DNA of 64,000 bases from Vulcanimicrobiota bacterium (GTDB taxonomy: Bacteria; Vulcanimicrobiota; Vulcanimicrobiia; Vulcanimicrobiales; Vulcanimicrobiaceae): contig CAWCIZ010000001.1 in the NCBI GenBank assembly GCA_963795855.1, positions 288,001 through 352,000 on the forward strand, read 5' to 3'. The position numbers were made by a program, and so were the translations under genes. This document shows, one piece after another, positions 11,565 to 21,615 of the stretch; the first letter of the stretch is position 1, and every line of letters starts with the position of its first letter. Below the pieces are notes generated by a model. The model had not been told where the DNA came from. It did no database searches and saw only the letters and a list, made by a program, of their open reading frames with translations.

Positions 11565-13286
11565 TGCTTGTTATCGACCTTTGAATGAAGTTCGGCGGCG
11601 AACTCGTCCACCGTTAGGGCTCGTTGAGCTCCGGCGCCGCGTTCGTTCACGTTGACCGTGCCGTCCGCGGCTTCTTGCTTGCCCGCCACGAGAATATACG
11701 GCACTTTTTGCGTTTTCCAGTGCCGGATTTTGTACCCGAGTTTTTCGTTCGATTCGTCGAGTTCGGCGCGAAAACCGCGAGCGTGCAGCGCGTCGCGTAC
11801 GGTACGTCCGTACTCGATCTGATGTTCGGATATCGGTGCTACGACGGCCTGAATAGGCGCGAGCCACGCGGGAAAGTTCCCGCCGAAATGCTCGATGAGA
11901 ATGCCGAAGAAGCGCTCCATGGAACCTGCAAGAGCGCGGTGGATCATCACCGGTGTTTCGTCGCCTTCCGGGCCGCGGTATTTCAAATCGAAACGCTTTG
12001 GCAAAACGAAGTCGACCTGCACGGTGCCCAGCTGCCATTTACGGCCGATTGCATCGCGGACCATGATGTCGAGTTTCGGCCCGTAGAACGCGCCGCCGCC
12101 CTCGTCGACGGCGTACGCGAACTGCTTGATTTCCAGCGCCGTTCTTATCGCACGTTCGGCGATTTCATCGGTATCGATACGCGCGGCGGCGTCGCGTCTG
12201 GACAGCACGTATTCGACGTCCTCGAAGCGGAACGCGTTCATCAAGCGCAACGCTTCGTCGAGCGTCTGCTCGAATTCGCCCTGCAATTGCTCGGCCGTGC
12301 AAAAAAGATGCGCGTCGTCTTGCGTGAAGCCGCGCACGCGCGTGAGTCCGTGCAGGACGCCGCTGCGCTCGTAGCGGTACACGGTACCGAACTCCGAATA
12401 ACGCAGCGGCAGATCCCGATAGACTGCGCAGGCGGCTCTTGTAGATGAGAATGTGGCCGGGGCAGTTCATCGGTTTGAGGCGGAAGCGCTGCTCCTCGAT
12501 CTCGAGCGCGCCGAAGATGTTCTCCGCGTAGTTTTCGAGGTGACCCGAGATTTCGTACAGCTTCTCGCTGACCACGTGCGGCGTGACGACCGGCTGATAG
12601 CCGCGTTCGCGCAATCCTTCGCGGATGAAGTTTTCCACGATGCCGCGCACGATGGCGCCGCGCGGATGCCAGAAGATCAGGCCTCCGCCGGCCTCTTCCT
12701 GGATCGAGAAGAGATCGAGTTCCTGGCCGAGTTTGCGGTGATCGCGTTTGGCTGCTTCCTCGAGCTGCTGCAGATGCGCGTCGAGTTCTTCCTTCGTATA
12801 CCAAGCCGTGCCGTAGATGCGCTGCAGCATTGCGTTGTGCTCGTCGCCGCGCCAGTATGCGCCCGCCACGCTGGTGAGTTTCAGCGCGCCGATTTCGCCG
12901 GTGGTATGCGCGTGGCCGCCGCGGCAGAGGTCCGTGAAGCTGCCGATCGTGTACAGCGTGATCGCTTCACCCTCGGGAATTTGCTGCGCGAGTTCGACCT
13001 TGTACGGGTTGCCGTTGAATCGCTCGACTGCTTGCTCGCGCGTGACCCGCTCGCCCGTCATCTCGTAATTCGATTCGACGATCTCGTTCATGCGTCGTTC
13101 GAGGCGCTCGAGGTCCTCGGGCGTAAACGGCTGCTGCCGGTCGAAATCGTAATAGAACCCGTTCTCGATGGCCGGTCCAATGGTCGGTTTTGCATCGGGA
13201 AACAAGTCTTGAACGGCATAGGCGAGCACGTGCGCTGCGGTATGACGCAATTCCGGCAGGGAAGTGCGGCGGTCGGTCGTGGTCAC
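11561..13286 (-). CDS. thrS: Threonine--tRNA ligase (frameshift near 12420)
   Basis: RHTAAH, DLCRGGH, DHRKLG, LKPMNCPGH, YRYERSG, GAFYGPKLD and HRA...GSMERF motifs. GTG start at 13286. Confidence 0.97.
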
Positions 13287-13444
13287 GGTCCAGCCCTTTT
13301 TGCCCACCGGGCGGGACGGGCCTTCGAACCGGCCCAACGCTTAACTAAGCGGCGGCTTTGTTGCAAGAGCACGCTATTCCGGCAATATGCAGAAAACGCT
13401 GGTTTCGGCAGTACGTTACCCGACTTATGCGTAATAGTCAAAGA

Positions 13445-13702
13445 ATGGCACGAGCAGCACGAAGCCGTAATGGCGCGACCGAGTTGACACCGCACATCGG
13501 CGGGTCCGCAAACGCCTTCAAATTCTCCATTAACCTCTCCGCAGAAGTAGGCGGCGAACTCCGACGCACCGCATTCGACGAGCGCGTAAGTGAAAGTTCG
13601 GTCATCGAAATAGCGCTGCGTCAGTTATTTCGCCGCGTTTCACCCGACAAGCTGGGCGTCTTCTTGAAGCAGAACGGGGCATGTCTTCGGAGGCGGTCCT
13701 AG
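13445..13702 (+). CDS. Small ribbon-helix-helix (CopG/Arc-like) DNA-binding protein
   Basis: Alternating beta pattern KFSINLS, a helix, then the 'VSESSVIEIAL' second helix, typical of RHH proteins. Confidence 0.6.
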   Translation: MARAARSRNGATELTPHIGGSANAFKFSINLSAEVGGELRRTAFDERVSESSVIEIALRQLFRRVSPDKLGVFLKQNGACLRRRS

Positions 13703-15606
13703 ACCGGCGTTTCGTCGCGCTTGCGGGATTGTTGCGCAGCGCGACCAAATCGGATCCCTCGGCGCGCGACGTCGGCGGCTTCGCCGACGCGTTGCTGCAG
13801 GCTGCACCCACGCTGTTCGCGGGCACGCTTATATTCCGTTCGCGCGAAGGCGGCAGATTCGTTTTGATTCAGCAGGCCGGCGAAGAGCGGGATCCGCCGC
13901 GAAGTTGGCTGCGTTGGCCGCTCCGTCGGCTGTTCGCGGTGCGGCGCTCCTCGATCGTTACCAACCCGCGCAGCTTACATCGGGCATTGGCCGTTCCGTT
14001 CATGGTCTCCGGCGAACGCTACGTCGTGGTAGCGACGCTGAGATCTGAACCGGTCGATTCGACCGACGGCGCATTTCTCGATGCGCTGCAAAGCGTGCCG
14101 ACGGCTTTGCCGCAGATCAGTTCAACGTATGGCACGTCCCGCTTCGTTTGGTTCGGCAGTGACGAATCGCTCGCCGCGCGTGTGGAAGCCGTTTGCGCGC
14201 AGCGCGGCTGGGATATCCATAGGGTGCCCACTTTCGGCCACTTGCTGATGCTCCTCGAAAGCGACCTCGTAGACGTTGCAGCGGTACAGGCGTCCACGCT
14301 CGCCGAGCCCCTTCACGCATTACGCGCGTTGCGCCACGCTGCAAAAATCGGCGACGCTCCGGTGCTGTACTTTACCGACGCCGATCCGGGAGCGGAAATC
14401 GGTACGCTCGTCGACGCGTGGCTGCCTTCCAATGCGAGCGACGGCGAACTGCTCAAAGCGCTAAAACGGGCGGCATCCTTGATCTCCCCAACGCGCAAAC
14501 GCGCGCTGGTCCAGCGAGCGCGCAAAATGGAGCAAGAGCTGCGCGCGTGCACGGATGAGTGCGAATTGGCTCGCGCCTGCGCACGCGCCGCGCTCACGCT
14601 CGGCGCCGAGGCGGCGTCGGTCATGCTGGTCGACGAAATTGGAAGCACGTGCGCGGCGCACGAGCCGGTCGACGACGAAACGCTGCTTGACCGCTGGCCG
14701 AACACGTTCCTGACGGGCGAACCGGTGACGCAGTCCATCTTGAATGACCGGTTCTTCGTAGAAGTGTTCGACGACGACGAATACGCCCAGCGAATCCGCA
14801 GCCAGGGTCCGGTTTCGGGCTCGGCGCTTCCGATCCGGGACGCATCGCGGACGGTCGGCACGCTGCTGGCTTTTTCGCGGACGCGCGAGATGTTCGAGCC
14901 TGAATTCACCGCTCTGAAAGTGCTTTGCAGGGTGACCGCAACGGCTTACGCGATGTTGAACGGCTCACGCCGGCAGGGATCGCCGGGCGGTGCGTTAGCG
15001 CAACGCTGGAGGCGCGTTGCGCTCGGAGACGCGCGCATCGACGTGTACGAAGGAACCCGGGGCGCCGCGCTTGGAGTTCGGGCGAGCCGAACGCTCGCGG
15101 CGATCGCTGCCGTGGAAGATGAAGATCCTGCTCGCGCGGCGTTGCACGTTCGTTCGGCATTGCAAGAAATTGCAGCGCTAGGGCAGCAAGACGTCAACGA
15201 GCAGCTCGACGTATTGCTGGAAAAATTCGACGACGGAAACCGCGGAGTATTGTTGGGCGTCTTGGATGCCGAAGGCGGTTTCACGTTTGCGTGCGCGCGC
15301 TTTCCGGCACCGCTGATCGTTCACGCGAGCGGACCGGTTCGGTCGATACGACCCGCATCGACGCGGGAATCGGGCCGCGTCCTAGTCGATCCGGGGGCGG
15401 TCACCCTCGTCTATTCGAATGAATTCGCCGCGCAGATCGAAACGGCGGAGTTTGTTTCGCACGTGCAGCACAATTTGCGGATCGGCGCGGCAAACGCCGT
15501 GCAGACCGTGCCGGATCTGGCTTCGAGCAGCGGTAAACTCGCGTTCGCGTCGATTACGATGCGGACGTATGCGGCCGACTCACGACGCTCTCAAGCGCTG
15601 ATCTGA
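13681..15606 (+). CDS. Signal-transduction protein: degenerate receiver-like + GAF + PP2C/SpoIIE-like C-terminus
   Basis: GAF-like 'GSALPIRDASRTVGTLLAFS...F...E'. The C-terminal 'FTFACARFPAPL...LVYSNEF' resembles the SpoIIE 'ANAGHPPP...LLYTDG' with catalytic residues changed. Confidence 0.5.
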   Translation: MSSEAVLDRRFVALAGLLRSATKSDPSARDVGGFADALLQAAPTLFAGTLIFRSREGGRFVLIQQAGEERDPPRSWLRWPLRRLFAVRRSSIVTNPRSLHRALAVPFMVSGERYVVVATLRSEPVDSTDGAFLDALQSVPTALPQISSTYGTSRFVWFGSDESLAARVEAVCAQRGWDIHRVPTFGHLLMLLESDLVDVAAVQASTLAEPLHALRALRHAAKIGDAPVLYFTDADPGAEIGTLVDAWLPSNASDGELLKALKRAASLISPTRKRALVQRARKMEQELRACTDECELARACARAALTLGAEAASVMLVDEIGSTCAAHEPVDDETLLDRWPNTFLTGEPVTQSILNDRFFVEVFDDDEYAQRIRSQGPVSGSALPIRDASRTVGTLLAFSRTREMFEPEFTALKVLCRVTATAYAMLNGSRRQGSPGGALAQRWRRVALGDARIDVYEGTRGAALGVRASRTLAAIAAVEDEDPARAALHVRSALQEIAALGQQDVNEQLDVLLEKFDDGNRGVLLGVLDAEGGFTFACARFPAPLIVHASGPVRSIRPASTRESGRVLVDPGAVTLVYSNEFAAQIETAEFVSHVQHNLRIGAANAVQTVPDLASSSGKLAFASITMRTYAADSRRSQALI

Positions 15607-16519
15607 TGTGCCCTTGGTCGGCCTGCAGGTGCTGCGCCTCGTTCGCATAGCGATCGGCGGTTCGTGGGTCTCCGCGATCGCGGGCCCGGCGGGACATGCG
15701 GTGAAAAAAGTCCACACGCTCTTCAAGGATACGGAGCGCCGTCCACAGCGAGTTTTCCATGGAGTCGCGCTGCGCGCTCAACATCGCGTTCGGGTTGTAG
15801 GCGTGGCCCGTACGGCACCGAAAACGCAAATCGCCGTTTTCGTCCGCTTCCCAAAGCGTTCCGCCGCAATCGGGACAGGTGAATCGGGATGGGGCGCCGA
15901 TGCTGCGCTCGTCGGGCGCGGCTTGTGAAATCGGAACTCCGCCGGCTTTTCCGACGATGTCGGCAACACTCTCGAGAATTACCATTCCGAGTTCGTCCGT
16001 GGTTGCGGTGCGCTGCACCGCATCCGCCGCAATGGCATTGCGAGGCATATCGGGAAAGAGCGCGTCGGCGGGATCCTGTGCTATCGTCATGCCGCCGGCC
16101 TTGCGAATCGAATTCATTCCGGCAACGCCGTCGTCGAGCGTGCCGGAAAGCAAAACGCCGCATGCGAGGTCTCCGAACGCGATGGCCGCGCTGCGCAGCA
16201 GAACGTCGATGGAGGGACGATGCCCGTTTTCCCGCGCGGTATCCACCACGCGCATGACGTTGCGCTCGAGGATAAGGTGAAAATTCGGCGGCGCGATGAA
16301 AATTCGGCCGGGCGTAATCGGTGCTCCGTCGATCGCGTGCGTTGCAAACAGGGCACCGCAACGCGAGAGAATATGCGGCATCGCGCTGATACCGTCCGCG
16401 GGTACGTGCGTTGCGACGAAGACCGCAGCCGGAACGTCCGCCGGCAGATCCTCAGCGATGCGTTTGAGGCCGGAGAGGGCACCCGCGGAGCCACCGATGG
16501 CGACGACGGCGAATTTCAA
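15554..16519 (-). CDS. Stand-alone CheB-type methylesterase with C-terminal Cys-rich extension
   Basis: GGSAG, TH, RPSIDVL and LSGTLDDG catalytic motifs; C-terminal TCPDCGG...RFRCRTGH. Confidence 0.9.
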   Translation of the reverse strand: MKFAVVAIGGSAGALSGLKRIAEDLPADVPAAVFVATHVPADGISAMPHILSRCGALFATHAIDGAPITPGRIFIAPPNFHLILERNVMRVVDTARENGHRPSIDVLLRSAAIAFGDLACGVLLSGTLDDGVAGMNSIRKAGGMTIAQDPADALFPDMPRNAIAADAVQRTATTDELGMVILESVADIVGKAGGVPISQAAPDERSIGAPSRFTCPDCGGTLWEADENGDLRFRCRTGHAYNPNAMLSAQRDSMENSLWTALRILEERVDFFHRMSRRARDRGDPRTADRYANEAQHLQADQGHIRSALESVVSRPHTSAS

Positions 16520-16554
16520 AGAGTTTTCAATCTCTCTTCGAAGAAGAACGTCGT

Positions 16555-19089
16555 ATGGGCGAAGTACTTCCCGTACTTGAACGCATCATTGTCGTAGTCG
16601 GCGCCTCTGCGGGCGGAATCGACGCGCTGGAACGGCTCGCGACTTCTCTGCCTTCGAACTTTCCGGCGCCCATAGTCATCGCGCAGCACCTGGACCCTTC
16701 CCACGAAAGCCGCCTCGGCGAAATATTGCGCCAGCGGACCTCCATGCGTGTCGTCTCAGTGACCGGAGCGGCACCGCTCGAGGATAGCACGATCTACGTC
16801 GTACCCGCCGGGGCCGATGTCGAAATCGGCAACTCTAGGGTTTCCGTCAAGAAGCGCGCCGTGCGCGGAGCATCGGTGCCTTCCATCGACGTTTTGTTTC
16901 GCAGCGCCGCAGCGGCTTACGGCGATCGCACGATTGCCGTCATTTTGACCGGAACGGGGAGCGACGGCCTGGCCGGTGTGAGCCACGTCAAACAAGCGGG
17001 CGGAACGGTCATCATTCAAAATCCGGCAACGGCTGCGTACCCCGGGTTGCCTGGGGCCGTTCCACCTGCAAGCGTCGACTTAGTTTCCGATATCGATTCG
17101 CTGGGAGCGCTGCTCTGGTCGATCGTCACCGAAGGCGACGCATCGGCTTCGAAAATCGACGAGGAGATGCTGCGCGCATTCCTGTTGCAATTGCGCGCGC
17201 GAAGCGGCATAGATTTCACGCAATACAAGAGTCCAACCATCAAGCGTCGTCTTGCCCGTCTCATGGCTGCCGCAAGGTGCGCGTCGCTTCCCGACTACCT
17301 ACGCTATCTCAACGCGAATCCCGAGGCGTATTACCGCCTAGTGAGCTCGTTTCTCATCAAAGTGACGGGTTTCTTCCGCGATCCGGCTTTGTATGCGAAT
17401 ATGCGAGAGCACATCATTCCCGATCTCGTCGCACAAGCCCGCCGCGAACGGCGCGAGCTGCGCATCTGGTCGGCGGGATGCGCCACGGGCGAGGAAGCGT
17501 ATTCGCTTGCGATCCTGCTTTCGGAAGTGCTCGGCGATGAAATCGACGAACTCCCCATTCGGATCTTCGCAACGGACTTGGACGCTGATTCCATCGCGTT
17601 CGCGCGGCGCGGTTTATATGCACCGTCGGCGCTCACCGAACTGCCGCCGGCACTGATAGAGAAGTACTTCACGAAGGCCGACGAGTGCTATCAGGCCCGC
17701 AAGCGCATTCGTAATATGACCGTATTCGGCGCGTACGATCTGGGCCAACGCGCGCCGTTCCCGCGCATCGATCTGATCGTGTGCCGAAACGTGCTGATCT
17801 ATTTCACCAAGGAACTGCAGCAGCGCACGTTGCAGCTGTTCGCCTTTTCCTTGCGCGACGCCGGCTATTTGGTGTTGGGAAAAGCCGAAACGACCAGCCC
17901 GATGTCAAAATATTTCGCTTGCGTGCATCCGGTGCTCAAGATCTACCGCAGGCAAGGCGAACGCCTACTGATTCCGCGTCCTGCGTTCGCCGAAGGGTCG
18001 TCGGCGCAGCGGGCCACGCCGGCTTCACGAACCGCGCAGCGTTCTTTTACGCCCCAGCGCAGAAGCTCCGAATCGGCGCCCTCGCTGAACGAGCGTCTCG
18101 GCGCCCTGCTCTTTGAATCGGACCTCGGCATCGTCGTAATCGACCGCACCTACGACATTCAATCGATCAATCAGCCGGCGCGGCAAGTGCTGGGGATCCA
18201 CGGGCGCGGCATCGGTGACGACCTCATACATTCCGTAAGTGGAATCCGGGCGGCTGACATCAAAGCGCCGCTCGACGAAGCATTGCGCGGCGTAAGAGGC
18301 GCTCCGGTGGACATCGAACTGAGCGATGCGGCCCTGGACCAAGTCACCGTCGTAAGAGTCACGTGTCACCCCGATCGAAATGCCAATGACGGCTCGATCA
18401 CCGGCGTCGTGCTCCTCATTGAGGACGTTACGATGCAAACGGCGCGCTTACGGCGCGCGCAGAGCGACAACGAGGAGAACCGCAAGCAGCTGCAGCGTGT
18501 GACGGCTCAAAACCAAGAACTGGTGGATCGGCAGCGGTCGCTGGTCGATGCGAACAGAGAACTTACGGTTGCAAACAGCGAACTCAATGCGATGAGCGAA
18601 CACCTGCTCGTCGCGGCCGAAGAAGCCGAGGCTTCCGCCGAAGAAGTCGAGACGCTCAACGAAGAGATGCAAGCGACGACTGAAGAATTAGAGACGCTCA
18701 ACGAAGAGCTGCAAGCGACTATCGAGGAATTGAACACGACGAATGAGGAGCTGAGCGCTCGCGGTAAGGAGTTCGAACAGTTGGCGAGGCAGCGCAAAGT
18801 TCAGGTGGATGAAAGCGAACGCCGGCAGGACGCTTTCCGGCATGCGCTTACGGGGCCTGCGATGATCGGTGCCGTCATCGATGGTCGCGGCGTCGTCACG
18901 AATGCAACGCCGCCGTATGTGGCCAACGCTGCCGCGAACTCCGCATTGCCCGCCATAGGAGAGGCATGGAAGGAGATTCCCGAGTCGGTCATACTGACGC
19001 TCGACGGGACGCCGGGACGGTACCGCGTAAGCGTCATCGACTTGCCCGGCAGCCCTCCGGCTGAGAAGCTGATCGTCCTTTCGAATTGA
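16555..19089 (+). CDS. CheB-CheR fusion with PAS and coiled coil (no kinase domain)
   Basis: [16 protein letters not shown] (CheB), [13 protein letters not shown] and CRNVLIYF (CheR), a PAS-like region and NEE(L/M)QATxEEL repeats. Confidence 0.92.
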   Translation: MGEVLPVLERIIVVVGASAGGIDALERLATSLPSNFPAPIVIAQHLDPSHESRLGEILRQRTSMRVVSVTGAAPLEDSTIYVVPAGADVEIGNSRVSVKKRAVRGASVPSIDVLFRSAAAAYGDRTIAVILTGTGSDGLAGVSHVKQAGGTVIIQNPATAAYPGLPGAVPPASVDLVSDIDSLGALLWSIVTEGDASASKIDEEMLRAFLLQLRARSGIDFTQYKSPTIKRRLARLMAAARCASLPDYLRYLNANPEAYYRLVSSFLIKVTGFFRDPALYANMREHIIPDLVAQARRERRELRIWSAGCATGEEAYSLAILLSEVLGDEIDELPIRIFATDLDADSIAFARRGLYAPSALTELPPALIEKYFTKADECYQARKRIRNMTVFGAYDLGQRAPFPRIDLIVCRNVLIYFTKELQQRTLQLFAFSLRDAGYLVLGKAETTSPMSKYFACVHPVLKIYRRQGERLLIPRPAFAEGSSAQRATPASRTAQRSFTPQRRSSESAPSLNERLGALLFESDLGIVVIDRTYDIQSINQPARQVLGIHGRGIGDDLIHSVSGIRAADIKAPLDEALRGVRGAPVDIELSDAALDQVTVVRVTCHPDRNANDGSITGVVLLIEDVTMQTARLRRAQSDNEENRKQLQRVTAQNQELVDRQRSLVDANRELTVANSELNAMSEHLLVAAEEAEASAEEVETLNEEMQATTEELETLNEELQATIEELNTTNEELSARGKEFEQLARQRKVQVDESERRQDAFRHALTGPAMIGAVIDGRGVVTNATPPYVANAAANSALPAIGEAWKEIPESVILTLDGTPGRYRVSVIDLPGSPPAEKLIVLSN

Positions 19090-19120
19090 GCGCGCGTCCC
19101 GCGCCGGGTACATGGTGCGC

Positions 19121-19975
19121 ATGACGCAAATTGAGATTCCACCGCAGCATCAGAACCGGCAACCGGGCATCGAAGCGCAGATGCAGCCGAGACCACGCTA
19201 CGTTCACCCGGAACATCGTCCTTCAGAGATGCTCCGCGATCGCGTGGTCCTGATCACGGGGGGCGACTCCGGAATCGGACGCGCAGTCGCCGTTGCGGCG
19301 GCGATGGAAGGCGCGGACGTCGCGTTCACTTACTTGAACGAGTCGGACGACGCGCGCCTGACGCAACGCGAAATAGAGGCCAAGGGCCGCAGGGCGATCG
19401 CTTTTGCGGGTGACGTGGGCGACGCGCAGTTTTGCGAGCACGTCGTTTCGGAAACGGTTGGCAAGCTCGGCAGGCTGAACGGGCTGTTCAACAACGCGGG
19501 CGAGCAGCATCCCGAAAAAGATTTCACCAACCTGGACTTCGAAAATCTCGAGAAAACGTTCCGCACGAACATCTTTGCGCAATTCTACGTTACGAAACCG
19601 GCGATACCGCACCTCGAACACGGAGGCTCGATCGTCAACAATGCATCCGTGAACGCGTATCGCGGCAGCCCGAAACTCGTCGACTATTCCGCAACGAAGG
19701 GCGCGATCGTCGCGTTCACGCGGTCGCTCGCACTTTCCGTGGTCGACAAAGAGATCCGGGTGAACGCGGTGGCACCGGGGCCGATCTGGACGCCGCTTAT
19801 TCCGGCCACGTTCGCGCCGGACGAAGTCGAAAAATTTGGTCAGGACGTTCCGATGAAACGGCCGGGGCAGCCGGACGAGGTCGCGCAAGCGGTGATCTTT
19901 CTGCTTTCCCCTCGCGCGTCGTACATCACCGGCCAAACGATCCACGTGAACGGCGGCGAGATCATCAACGGTTAA
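19121..19975 (+). CDS. SDR oxidoreductase (YhxC/YghA-like general stress type)
   Basis: PPQHQ..QPG N-terminus, [19 protein letters not shown]. Confidence 0.92.
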   Translation: MTQIEIPPQHQNRQPGIEAQMQPRPRYVHPEHRPSEMLRDRVVLITGGDSGIGRAVAVAAAMEGADVAFTYLNESDDARLTQREIEAKGRRAIAFAGDVGDAQFCEHVVSETVGKLGRLNGLFNNAGEQHPEKDFTNLDFENLEKTFRTNIFAQFYVTKPAIPHLEHGGSIVNNASVNAYRGSPKLVDYSATKGAIVAFTRSLALSVVDKEIRVNAVAPGPIWTPLIPATFAPDEVEKFGQDVPMKRPGQPDEVAQAVIFLLSPRASYITGQTIHVNGGEIING

Positions 19976-19991
19976 GGAGCGTAAAGAAGTA

Positions 19992-20918
19992 ATGAAAGTA
20001 CAAGAAACCCGCGCGACTACATCCGCACCAAAAGTCGCGGAAAGGATTACGATCGGCGGCGACCTCACGGTGCGCCGGCTGGGCTTCGGCGGCATGCGTT
20101 TGACCGGCCCGGGCGTGTGGGGGTGGCCGGAGGATCGCGAGAATGCGTCGCGGGTGCTTCGCCGCGCGGTGCAACTCGGCGTCAATTTCATCGACACGGC
20201 CGATGCGTATGGCCCGAACGTGAACGAGGAGCAGATAGCGTCCGCACTTTATCCGTATCCGCCAAATGTGGTGATCGCCACGAAAGGCGGATCGGTTCGT
20301 CCGGGTCCCGGACAATGGGAGCGCGATTGCCGCCCGGAGCGGTTGCGCGAATGCTGTGAGGCAAGTTTGCGCCGATTGAAACTCGAGCGCATCGATCTCT
20401 ATCAATTGCATGCGGTCGATACGAAAGTGCCGTTCGACGAACAGGTCGGCGCGTTGCGCGATTTGCGCGAGGCGGGAAAGATTCGTCACGCCGGGCTTTC
20501 CAACGTCACGTTTGCGCAGTTGCGCCAAGCGCAGAAGATCGTGCCCGTCGCTTCGGTTCAGAACCGCTACAACATGGCGTATCGCAATCCCGAAGACGAG
20601 CGCATCATCGAGTATTGCGAGGAAAGCGGGATCGCGTTCATTCCATGGTTTCCGCTCGGTGCGGGCGATGAAAACATCTCGGACAACACCGAAGCGCAGA
20701 TCGTTGCCAAGGCGCATGGCGTTCGGGTGCCGCAGATCGCGCTCGCGTGGCTGCTGCACCGCTCGCCGGCGGTTCTGCCTATTCCGGGCACCTCGTCGAT
20801 CGAGCACCTCGAGCAAAACGTGGCCGCCGCAAACATCGAGTTGAACGAGGAAGATCTCGTGCGATTGGGTCTGCGCAGACCGGTGAGTACCCACCACGGA
20901 GAGCATGATGAACGATAA
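19992..20918 (+). CDS. Aldo/keto reductase
   Basis: LGFGGMRL, IDTADAYG, IATKGG, IDLYQLH, VQNRYN, PIPGT. Confidence 0.93.
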   Translation: MKVQETRATTSAPKVAERITIGGDLTVRRLGFGGMRLTGPGVWGWPEDRENASRVLRRAVQLGVNFIDTADAYGPNVNEEQIASALYPYPPNVVIATKGGSVRPGPGQWERDCRPERLRECCEASLRRLKLERIDLYQLHAVDTKVPFDEQVGALRDLREAGKIRHAGLSNVTFAQLRQAQKIVPVASVQNRYNMAYRNPEDERIIEYCEESGIAFIPWFPLGAGDENISDNTEAQIVAKAHGVRVPQIALAWLLHRSPAVLPIPGTSSIEHLEQNVAAANIELNEEDLVRLGLRRPVSTHHGEHDER

Positions 20919-21151
20919 GTCGATTCACGAACATGTCGAGCAGCTCGTCGCCGAAGAGCATCGCCTCTACGAGCTGAGCGACGAGCGAGCGCTGTCCCAA
21001 GAAGAACGCAAACGCTTGGACGAGGTCAACGTGCAGGCTCGATCGTTACTACGATCTCCTGCGCCAGCGGCGAGCGAAGCGTGAATTCGGCGAAAATCCG
21101 AACCGCGCGCACATGCGGTCCGGAGAGACGGTCGAGAATTACGTTGAATAG
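20908..21151 (+). CDS. DUF2630 family protein (one frameshift near 21036; absent from the ORF track)
   Basis: Manual translation: MNDKSIHEHVEQLVAEEHRL...RLDEVNVQ/LDRYYDLLRQRRAKREFGENP...R...TVENYVE-stop. Confidence 0.8.
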
Positions 21152-21596
21152 CAAAACGCTCGTCTACGGGCTTGCCGCCGGCGCGGCGGGAACCGCGGTA
21201 CTGAACGCGAGCACGTACGCCGACATGGCGATTCGCGTGCGCCCGCCGAGCAAAGTCCCCAGGCGCGTCGTGAAGGAGTTCGCGCGTTGGACGGGCGTAC
21301 GGCGGTTGCCGCGCGAGCGCGCGACCGGTTTGAGTATGCTGCTCGGTTATGCCGACGGTTTCGGAACCGGCGTGCTGTTCGGCGTGCTCCGGCCGCGCAT
21401 GCGCCGCGTGCGGTGGTACGTCGCCGGCGCCGGCCTCGCTGCATTTACGCTGCTTCTGAGTGAAGGCACCGCGACGGCGATGCACAAGACGGATCCGCGT
21501 CAGTGGGGCATTTCGGGATGGATGATGGATTTGCTCCCACGCGCTTTATACGGGTGCGTGACGTGTTTGGTCTACGACGCGCTGACCGAAACTTAG
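21144..21596 (+). CDS. Hypothetical membrane protein
   Basis: GLAAGAAGTAVLNASTYADMA.R.RP.S..P and TDPRQW...W..DLLP with hydrophobic helices. TTG start overlaps the DUF2630 stop. Confidence 0.7.
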   Translation: MNSKTLVYGLAAGAAGTAVLNASTYADMAIRVRPPSKVPRRVVKEFARWTGVRRLPRERATGLSMLLGYADGFGTGVLFGVLRPRMRRVRWYVAGAGLAAFTLLLSEGTATAMHKTDPRQWGISGWMMDLLPRALYGCVTCLVYDALTET

Positions 21597-21615
21597 GAAA
21601 ACGCGTTCGACGCCG

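Noticed and set aside
12380..12440. Programmed frameshift in thrS (and in hisF or the hem genes)
   Set aside because: No slippery site is evident, and similar indels occur throughout the window, consistent with sequencing error.
15554..19089. Chemotaxis operon
   Set aside because: No cheA, cheW, cheY or chemoreceptor genes in the window.
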